Shown here piece by piece: positions 19,168-27,323 of a stretch of 64,000 nt of DNA. Under the pieces are notes generated by a model. The model made no database searches and had not been told where the DNA came from. It saw only the letters and a list, made by a program, of their open reading frames with translations. Source of the DNA: Candidatus Thorarchaeota archaeon (GTDB lineage: Archaea; Asgardarchaeota; Thorarchaeia; Thorarchaeales; Thorarchaeaceae); assembly GCA_046758445.1 (NCBI GenBank), contig JBHIAE010000004.1:1-64000 (forward strand), read 5' to 3'. Within the stretch, counting starts at the first letter, position 1. Each line of letters starts with the position of its first letter. The position numbers and the translations under genes were made by a program.

Positions 19168-20465
19168 GTGATGACAATGGCCGATTACAAGGTAAAGGAC
19201 ATTGGGCTTGCCGAAGAAGGCAGGATGCTAATCGACTATGCGGAGAAACACATGCCTGTGCTTATACATCTCAGGAAGAAGTACTCCAAGACAAAGCCAC
19301 TCAAGGGTATGAAGATTGCTGGCTGTCTCCATGTGACAAAGGAAACAGCTGTACTCGTGGAAACTCTTCGAGAGGTCGGAGCTGAAGTGGCCTGGTCTGG
19401 CTGCAATCCACTGTCGACGAACGACAAAGTGGCTGCAGGACTTGCCGCCAATGATGTTCCGGTGTATGCCTGGCACAATCTGAACACCGAGGAATACTAC
19501 TGGTGCATTGAACAGACCCTCAAGACTGAGCCAACGTTGACGCTTGATGACGGAGCGGATCTGATTTTTACGTTACACAACAAGCACCAAGAGTTGATAC
19601 CCAATCTCTATGGAGGTTCTGAAGAAACCACAACTGGGGTGATTCGTGTCCGAGCAATGGCTGAAGATAGTGCCCTGAAGTACCCAATCATGGCCGTCAA
19701 TGATGCAGACACCAAACACTTGTTCGACAACGTATACGGTACCGGACAGAGCGTTTTCGATGGTGTAATGAGAGCTTCTGCGATTCTGATTGCTGGTAAG
19801 ACCGTAGTCATCGGTGGCTACGGGTTCTGTGGTCGCGGAATGGCGGAGCGTGCAAGAGGACTGGGTGCAAATGTGATTGTCACTGAAGTTGATCCAATTC
19901 GCGGACTACAGGCTCGAATGGATGGTTTCAGGGTTATGCCTATGAATGATGCTGCACGTGAAGGCGACCTGTTTCTGACTGCCACTGGTATGAAGGACAT
20001 CATCACTGGTACTCATATCAAAGAGATGAAGGATGGAGCAATTCTGGGAAATGCTGGACATTACAATGTTGAGATCAATGAGCCAGACCTTGCCAAGCTT
20101 AGCACTGGGAAGAGAAGGGTTCGACCTTCTTTGGATGAGTATACATTGAAGGATGGCAGAATTGTGTACCTTCTCGGAGAAGGTAGGCTTGTCAATCTGG
20201 TCGCTGCGGAAGGTCACCCCAGTGTCAGAAGAGCATTCGCTGCTCTCTAGATGGAAAGGTGATGGACCTCAGCTTTGCAGGCCAGCTGAATGCAATGATC
20301 TGGTTGACCAAGCATGGGAAGGACCTCAAACCAGCCGTGTATGAGTTTCCGAAGGAACTTGATCAGCAGACTGCCTTGGCAAAACTAGAAACCATGGGTA
20401 TAAAGATAGACAAATGGACCCCAGAGCAGGAGGCCTACGCAAAGGCTTACGCCGAGGGAACCTAG
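19168..20465 (+). CDS. ahcY: S-adenosylhomocysteine hydrolase, split by a 32-nt intron: join(19168..20224,20257..20465)
   Basis: GCLHVT, CNPLST, DDGAD, SEETTTG, KHLFDNVYGTGQS and GRLVNLVAAEGHPS motifs. Removing 20225-20256 restores GHPS-E-VMDLSF and gives one ORF of 421 aa (418 aa from ATG 19177). Confidence 0.92.
20225..20256 (+). other. Putative bulge-helix-bulge mRNA intron (32 nt) in ahcY
   Basis: TCAGAAGAGCATTCGCTGCTCTCTAGATGGAA. Outer helix UCACC:GGUGA; central helix CCAG:AUGG; bulges UG^U and AA^A; inner hairpin GAGCA-UUCGC-UGCUC; contains an in-frame TAG. Confidence 0.8.
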
Positions 20466-20475
20466 TCAAAGAGTA

Positions 20476-20513
20476 GAAGAGGCAGACAACTATGCCTCTT
20501 CACCTCTTTTTTT
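20476..20513 (+). terminator. Terminator hairpin between convergent ahcY and the endonuclease-like gene
   Basis: GAAGAGGCA-N8-TGCCTCTTC perfect 9-bp stem followed by a T7 tract. Confidence 0.7.
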
Positions 20514-22370
20514 CTACCCAGAATCTTCAGCTTCCAATTCAGGCGATTTAGTCAATTCCAGCCACTTTTGCGTTTGCTCAATCTTATTTCGGGCTTCCTT
20601 CACTCTACGGGGATGAGCCTTCATCCACTTCTCCAGTATTCTTCGCTTTCTCTTGTCGTTGGGAGGTGCTTGAATCCCCCACATAGCAACATCCTCTTGA
20701 CTACTAGTTGCCGTAGTCCATTTCACTGAAACTCGACCTGTCTGCTCAGAGTAGCTGATGTATGAAGGGTCCTGTTCCTTAGTCATAATACCATTGGCCA
20801 AACAGAGTTGTTTCTCGTCCTCAACAAAGCCTGAGGGATTGGTACGAACAATATAGTCCAACTCTTTCGCAGCCTTAGCGTCTGCTGAGTCCTCAGATTC
20901 CATCAAGCTCTCTAGCATGGTAATAGACAACTCACGAAATCGGCCCTCAACAGCGTCCCTTCCGTATCTACGCTCAGTAGGTTTCCCATGCTTCTTAATG
21001 AAGTCAACTTGACTACCTGTCAGTCTTGACACGAATCTGTATTTGTCAGCCTTCAAAGGATCATGAAGAACTACAGAACGACTCCAAGTGATTCTTGCAT
21101 AGTCCTTTGCATCCACTGCGACTGAGCCTTCTTCAGGAACTAGCTCACAAAGATACGCTAACTGAACCCGAGAAGAGCCATATTTAATCCAATCCGGTAG
21201 TCGGACTCCTTGCAGAACCTTGTCCCCGACGGTCATTCCTAGTCTGGCCAAAAGACGCCCAATGATATTCGGAACGTGAAAACCACCCTCCGACTTGTTT
21301 CTGTTGCGTATAATTGGAGTTGCAACTTCTCCAATTCGCTGCAGCATCGATCTCACAATGGTGCGGCGAGTGGCATCGTTTTCATAGTAGAATATACGGT
21401 GACCAGATTCGATGCTCCCATCGGAAGCAACGATTGCAAAAAGCCTCGCCATCAATGTGATGAAATCCACTTCTATGAGGAACTTTGGTCTGACAATCTG
21501 CCTCCCTTGACCCAATCGAGTTATTCCAGACTCGACGTCTTTGAGCGACTTCCCTTGTGCGTCCATCAGCAGCTGAAGCGTTCTTCCTCGCAAATGAGCT
21601 GAGTTCGGAGTGAAATCGGAGATGATTCGCCCTTCTCGACCTGTTACCTTCTCTTGATAGTCAGCTAGCTGTCTTACGACGTTGCTGAGGTCATAATCCC
21701 CATTGAGGCCAAGAAAGTTACGTCCTTCGCGAGTAATTGGCTTTCTCTCTCTCTTGCCGAAGAAGAAGAGCTCATCCGCGAACAGGTTGAGATAGTTGAA
21801 TTTGCGAGTGTCTTTGCGCCAAAAGTAGAGAAGCGATCCCACGACGGCTATCCGCATCTCCTCATCAGGGTTTACATCCAGCCCAAGATTCTTGTTCAGT
21901 TTCTCTTCTATCTGCTTACGATTTGCTTGTATCGACTTTCGTACATCTAGCAGCCATCTTGGACCATGATTGTAGTTGTAGGGTTTCAAGTGAGCGAAGG
22001 CAACTCGTTGAATAGGAGTTCTGGCAAGAAGATGCTCTAGAGCCCTGGCCATCCTTCCCACACTGTGCCGTTTTCGGTTTCTAATTGAACGAAGAGCACG
22101 AAAGACTGTTGAGGAATCGATAAGATTCTCGAGTGCTCTAGTTGGTTGTTTCGATTCTAGCTTCCTTCTCATGACCTCATTCTCGACCACTTGGTTGATC
22201 AATTCTGGAGTCCTTCTTCCTGAAACCCACGTCCTAGCAGTACCGAATGGCACGTCCTGAGCCATACGAGCCACTGCCGAATGAGAGAGCTCCGAGTCCT
22301 CTCTTCTAATACGCATGAGCCGAAAGTATTCCTTGACTGCATTCAACATCTTGGCGAACATCTTGGCCAA
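20514..22370 (-). mobile_element. Free-standing HTH + double-LAGLIDADG (DOD/intein-type) homing-endonuclease-like protein
   Basis: N-terminal HTH (SHSAVARMAQDVPFGTARTWVSGRRTP); motif 1 LFAIVASDGSI; LPDWIKYGSSRVQLAYL linker; motif 2 AYLCELVPEEGSV. No HINT splicing termini recognised. The 5' end is uncertain. Confidence 0.65.
22345..22367. repeat. Tandem direct repeat AACATCTTGGC x2 (period 12)
   Basis: Copies at 22345-22355 and 22357-22367, at the junction between the endonuclease-like ORF and the truncated flavoredoxin. Confidence 0.75.
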
Positions 22371-22715
22371 CTAGCTAACTACATAGGGACCAACTCAGGA
22401 AGAGAAGTGGACAAGTCTGCATTGTTCAAGATATTCTATGGTGAAACAGAGGCTCCAATGATTGAGGAGTGTATTCTCAACATGGAACTTGAGGTGAAGG
22501 AGATAATCGAGTTTCCAGATCACTTCATGGTTCTTGGAGATGCCGTGACATCTTATGTTGATGAAGAGAATATGACCGATAACAAACCAGACATGAAGAA
22601 GATGAATCCTGTCATATACACCGGAGCTGAAAAACGACCGACATATTGGGCACTGGGTGAAAAGCTTGGAGATGCGTTTCGAATAGCGAAGGACTTCAGG
22701 AAACTCAAGTCATAG
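22368..22715 (+). pseudogene. 5'-truncated flavin reductase/flavoredoxin-family gene (C-terminal half only)
   Basis: LANYIGTNSGREVDKS...APMIEECILNMELEV...H...G...YWALGEKLGDAF matches the flavoredoxin C-terminal half. The upstream in-frame sequence is antisense to the endonuclease-like ORF. Confidence 0.75.
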
Positions 22716-22772
22716 AACCGCATGTGGACATTAGCCATCTGATTCATGCTCTCGGTAAGGACTTTCTTTCTT

Positions 22773-23303
22773 CTAATCTCTGAGCTTCAGCTTGAAGACT
22801 CGCTCGAACTTGTCTAGTTTGGGCTTTATGACCAGCTGACAGTATCGTTGGTTTGGATTGCGACGGAAGTAGTCTTGGTGGTAGTCTTCAGCTTGGAAGA
22901 ACTTGGTGAAAGGGACAATCTCCGTCACAACTGGGTTATCCCAAACACCACTTTCATCGACACTCTTCTTGGCCCGTTCAGCTGCCTTTCTTTGTTCCTC
23001 ATCGTGGAAGAAGATTACCGAACGATACTGGGGACCTACATCGTTGCCTTGGCGGTTCGGTGTTGTGGGATCGTGAATCTCGAAGAACGCCTCGAGTAGC
23101 TCGTCGTAGCTTATTTGCTCTGGGTCATACTCGATCCGGCAGACTTCTGCATGACCAGTTCTGCCTGTGGTGACCTGTTTGTAGCTTGGATTCTCAACAT
23201 GCCCACCTGAATATCCTGATACTACAGATTCTACTCCTTTCAGTTGCTGGAATGCTGCTTCTACACACCAGAAACAACCGGCTCCAAATGTAGCAACTTC
23301 CAT
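22773..23303 (-). CDS. msrA: Peptide-methionine (S)-S-oxide reductase
   Basis: GAGCFWCVEA, TGHAEV, HDPT..NRQGNDVGPQYRS and AEDYHQDY. Confidence 0.95.
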   Translation of the reverse strand: MEVATFGAGCFWCVEAAFQQLKGVESVVSGYSGGHVENPSYKQVTTGRTGHAEVCRIEYDPEQISYDELLEAFFEIHDPTTPNRQGNDVGPQYRSVIFFHDEEQRKAAERAKKSVDESGVWDNPVVTEIVPFTKFFQAEDYHQDYFRRNPNQRYCQLVIKPKLDKFERVFKLKLRD

Positions 23304-23390
23304 GCTCTACACTCTCATTTTGGGTTAATCAACTGCTGGAAAGGGGCAGAAGCATCCAGGCCAGCCGCTTCATACATCTTTTGCGGTCAA

Positions 23391-24773
23391 TCATACACAT
23401 ATTCAGAACCACTCAACGTATTCTGGCGAGTTCATCACCCTGACGTCTGACGGCAGATGAATATGATTCCCAAAGAATCTTGAGAACTCCCGCGAACCGG
23501 ATTCATATACCCAACCACAAACGGCAAAGGACTTGTGACCGTTTATGGCCTCCACCCAGTAGCTCCTAACCACATCTGCGTCACCAATTGAATCATACCA
23601 CTGGAGCTCATAGGTGAGCACTCCTTGGTCAGCAAGCGACATGATCACATCTATGGCAGTGACCACGCCATCCTGAAATGTATCGTTCCTGAGATTGCGG
23701 GCAGTCACAACAACATCTCGGCCATAGATCTCGACTTGTTCACTGCTGATGAACACCTCTGGTATGATTGCCTGACCGTTGTTGTCATTGAGTCTTGCCA
23801 CTTCGTTTCTGAATACCGAGTATATCATGTCGATGCGAGATGGGATTTCAGGCATGAACCGAAGCTCTGTTCCCTCATTCCAGGGGTAGTGGTCCATGCG
23901 AAAGGCATTCATCTCGAACCACCCACCGCTGTAGATTACTCCGTACCACCAGTTGGATTCGCCCTCTAGAGTGTCGATGACATGAGTGTTCATCGATTCA
24001 TCAAAATGGTACTCCAGCTCAACAACACTTCGATTGGCGAGATGGACAAGAACATCAAACACCGAGAACTTGCCAGGTCTGAATATGTCCAGTCTGACTG
24101 TCGTCACTTGAGTCGAGTCGAACCCGTAAGTCGATGCTCCAATGGTCACCCGTGCATCCGGAGTATAGCCATTCGTAGGTACGGTGACAGGACCTCCCGG
24201 AAATGGGTTGGTATCTCTGGCCACATCCAAGTACACAGTGCTGAAGAGCAGAGAGATGGCCAGACCAGCAACAATCACCCCGACCAGAGGGCCCTTCATC
24301 CTTCTTCGCATCATAAGGAACCTGATACCGACTGCCACATGAATGATGATTGCACTCACAAGGAGGACGTCAAAGACTCGATGAAACTCGAAGGGTACTA
24401 CATCTTCAAGGACTTGGGCAAAGACCTCGTAACCATTGAGCCCAGGAAGAACCATAGAGATTAGGAAGAGAACAATCAAAATAGCTGAAAGCCTTTGAAT
24501 GATTCTAAGAGCATGAACTGATGTAGCCCTTCGGGTCTTGACCTTTTCGACATTCTTACGCCAGTTGAACCCATAGAATCTCAATGTGATGCCGACATGA
24601 AGAATGAGAACTGAGAGAAAGACTATCTCGAAGAGCCGATGGACTAGGGAGAGAAGATGCCTGTCCTGAAACCACCCAGTCCCCTGGCTATACCCTGTAA
24701 AGATCGTCAGTGCGGACACTAGAGCGAGCTACCAAGAGAGAAGACGATGTAGTCGTATCGTTGGCTTCGTCAT
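23391..24773 (-). pseudogene. Cytochrome-b-like membrane domain plus duplicated extracellular beta-grasp-like domains; two in-frame stops
   Basis: The frame is continuous across TAG 24729-24731 (HRLLSW*LALVSAL) and TGA 23403-23405 (EYVEWF*ICV*). TM helices carry paired His residues. The intact part is 23403..24719. Confidence 0.6.
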
Positions 24774-24973
24774 GGATTTCGGTTTCAAACTGTAACTACG
24801 ATTAATAACCGTTGGCGGTGACATTGAACGATTTCTTTGTCGCCGGGAAGTGCCGGATGCAATCCTCTGCGTACCACGTTTCTGAAACCGTTCCATCACC
24901 CTGGCCAAAACCGTGAAATGGGCTTTTGTACAACGACTCTCCGTCATTCCGTGCACAAGGAGGATGATTACTG

Positions 24974-26386
24974 TTGGAGCTTGATGATAGCGCTAAGATT
25001 CTATCTGACTTTGGGCTAACGCCCTATGAGGCCAAGGTCTACCTTGCTGCTGTCAGGCTTGGCCTGACCTCGGCGAGCAGAATCTCGAAAGTGACGAACA
25101 TTAGAAGAGAAGAGGTCTATAGGACTCTCCCCAAACTCGAGAACGCCGGATTGATTGATAGAGTGCTTGGCAGGCCAGTCAAGGTGAGAGCTCTTCCAAT
25201 GGAAGATGCCCTGACGATGCTAATCAAGAGAAAGGAAGAGGAGGCAGAGAGAGAGAAATCTGAATTGATTGTGAGGAAGAAAGTCCTTCTCGATAGCCTC
25301 CAAGAAGAGAGTTTCATGATTGAACCAGAGGAGCATGATTCTCATTTCATACTGGTATCTGAGAAGGATGCTGTCACAACTAGGATTACGTCTCTGATTA
25401 ATGGCACTGAGAATGAGATAGAAGTGGTGGATTCCAGTGACAACATCATACGATTCATCATGCAATATTCTGACGATTTGGAGAAGGCGCATAAGAGAAA
25501 TGTCAGTTTGAGGATACTCACTGAGTGTCCGGACGATGAGAGTCTGATACCGAATAGCTTTCAGAAACACCTGCCTGAAGGCTCCTTCATTCTCAAGTAT
25601 GTCGATGACCTCCCCGGTCGTTACATACTCTTTGATGGTAGTGAAGCAATGCTCACTACATCAGCCAGAGGAACTTTCTCAGACAGTAAGTCTCTTTGGA
25701 CAGACGATAGTAATCTGGTGGCACTAATCAGAAGCAACTTCCAGGATCAACTTGAGAGTGCTCAGGACTGGGAATCGTTTAGGTGGTCATCTTCTGAGAG
25801 AATGGACCGCATCCTTAGCCGACTGAAACCCAGAGACCATGCAATCCTTGTCTATGATTCTTCGAGTGCGAAGCACTACACGCTATTCAACTACATCAAG
25901 CAAGGTCTGGAGAACGGTGAGGCCGCCACGTACGTCTGTTACGAAGAGTCACCACGCCAGATTAGAGATGCAATGAGGGATTTTGGTCTGGAATTGAACA
26001 AGTGGGAGAAGGCTGGAGCTCTGAATGTGATCAACTATACTGACATCTACATACGTGATGGTCACTTTAGTATAGAAGACGTCATGGACTCTTGGGGAAG
26101 GCTCTACGAAGAGGCTATCTCCAATGGTTTCAAGGGCATGAGAGTCACCGGCGAGATGGGCTGCTTCATGGAACATTCGTTGGTCGAGGAGTTGATAGAG
26201 TACGAGAAAGCGTTGCACACTATCCTTGACATTCCGATGACCGCCATCTGTGCCTATAACGCCGAGATTCTAGCGAGAGTCGACAGACCTATTGACGTCT
26301 ATTCGGAGCTCGTCAAGGCACATGGGAAGGTGCTGTTTGCCGAGAGAGGCGGCACCGCTGAAGAAATAGAGATTCGCATCACCTAA
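24974..26386 (+). CDS. TrmB-family regulator fused to a C-terminal MEDS sensory domain
   Basis: FGLTPYEAKVYL...VYRTLPKLE HTH; central TrmB effector domain; HAILVY...GLENGE...GMRVTGEMG...YE...ICAY MEDS pattern. Confidence 0.82.
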   Translation: MELDDSAKILSDFGLTPYEAKVYLAAVRLGLTSASRISKVTNIRREEVYRTLPKLENAGLIDRVLGRPVKVRALPMEDALTMLIKRKEEEAEREKSELIVRKKVLLDSLQEESFMIEPEEHDSHFILVSEKDAVTTRITSLINGTENEIEVVDSSDNIIRFIMQYSDDLEKAHKRNVSLRILTECPDDESLIPNSFQKHLPEGSFILKYVDDLPGRYILFDGSEAMLTTSARGTFSDSKSLWTDDSNLVALIRSNFQDQLESAQDWESFRWSSSERMDRILSRLKPRDHAILVYDSSSAKHYTLFNYIKQGLENGEAATYVCYEESPRQIRDAMRDFGLELNKWEKAGALNVINYTDIYIRDGHFSIEDVMDSWGRLYEEAISNGFKGMRVTGEMGCFMEHSLVEELIEYEKALHTILDIPMTAICAYNAEILARVDRPIDVYSELVKAHGKVLFAERGGTAEEIEIRIT

Positions 26387-26406
26387 GACTTCGTTTCACC
26401 ATGCGG

Positions 26407-26652
26407 CTACGCGGGAATGTAGATGAATTGCCTCATGTCCATTAGACATGGTATACGTCTGACCAGATTGTTCTTGAGCAGCTTTCTTAGGGCGTACCTG
26501 ACAGTCCTTGGTGCAAAAGACACCTCTTCCATGAGTTCCTTTGGAGTCACACCATTTCTGCCTCGCTTTCGCAAAAGATCAAGCACAATGCTCTGGCTCT
26601 TCGTCAGCTTGATGTACTTGAGCTCCTCTGTCAGGCGTTCATTACTCATCAA
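26407..26652 (-). CDS. Small winged-HTH regulator
   Basis: TPKEL...APRTVRYALRKL...DMRQFIY; paralogue of 61252..61539. Confidence 0.75.
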   Translation of the reverse strand: MMSNERLTEELKYIKLTKSQSIVLDLLRKRGRNGVTPKELMEEVSFAPRTVRYALRKLLKNNLVRRIPCLMDMRQFIYIPA

Positions 26653-26849
26653 GGTTCAATCACCCCTTTTTACAGCTCCTTCGCTTTCTAAATTATGATT
26701 TAAGCATATGTGACTGTGTTGTCACAGATACATTCTCGGTATGAGGGTTAGTAACTTCAGAAATGCCGCTACGCAGCGAGTATTCACCGACAGGACTATG
26801 TGTCGGATTGCATTGAGAAACGAAGCAATCTGGAAGGAGGCGACACAAG

Positions 26850-27321
26850 TTGAAACTCAATGCGAAGAACCCAGAGACCCTTCTTGACTCCATCAATGTG
26901 GGAGTTGTCATGATTGATCCTGATGACCGCATTGTCGTCTTCAACCGAATGGCAGGAGAAACGCTCCAACAGGATCATGGAAAGCAGAAATGGGACCTCG
27001 ATTCTTCTTTGCCATCCAGAGAGATTGGAGGCTGAAGTCCTGAAGATGATTGGGTAGATGAGAATCGGTGAGCTGAAAGAGTATGAGGGCAGGGTCAACT
27101 TTGCGGGTAGAGTTCTATACGAGTACGTCTATCCTCTATGGAGTGAGGACGGCGAAAACATGGGTGCCATAGCCGCGCTTCATGACGAGGGAGAGAGGGC
27201 AGAGTATCTGAAGAGCAAGGGTGAATGGAAAGCCCCAGAAATGTACGGGCTAGGTGAGAGCTCGCCGCGCAGTCCTCGTCCAGACTGCTCCGTTTTGATA
27301 ATAGACACGCCACTTGATTGA
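26850..27321 (+). pseudogene. Stand-alone PAS-domain protein, disrupted
   Basis: LLDSINVGVVMID...IVVFN PAS start; a frameshift near 26975 leads into ESRNGTSILLCHPER; in-frame TAG at 27055-27057. Confidence 0.7.
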
Positions 27322-27323
27322 GT

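Noticed and set aside
20221-20262. ahcY break as a programmed ribosomal frameshift or simple pseudogene
   Set aside because: A frameshift would leave roughly ten extra residues inside the adenine-binding motif, and no slippery site precedes the UAG. Both halves are otherwise intact, and the BHB cut sites match the required boundaries.
20259-20465. Separate 68-aa ORF
   Set aside because: It is the C-terminal exon of ahcY (VMDLSF...WTPEQEAY).
22281-22367. N-terminus of the 144-aa ORF as real coding sequence
   Set aside because: It is antisense to the endonuclease-like gene; flavoredoxin similarity begins only near 22368.
20514-22370. Intein, transposase or Cas nuclease
   Set aside because: No host extein or HINT termini, no DDE/RuvC/HNH motifs recognised, and no terminal inverted repeats or CRISPR array nearby.
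26960-27060. Second BHB intron or pyrrolysine codon in the PAS gene
   Set aside because: The lesions are a small frameshift plus a TAG, with no extra sequence or BHB fold; decay is the simpler explanation.
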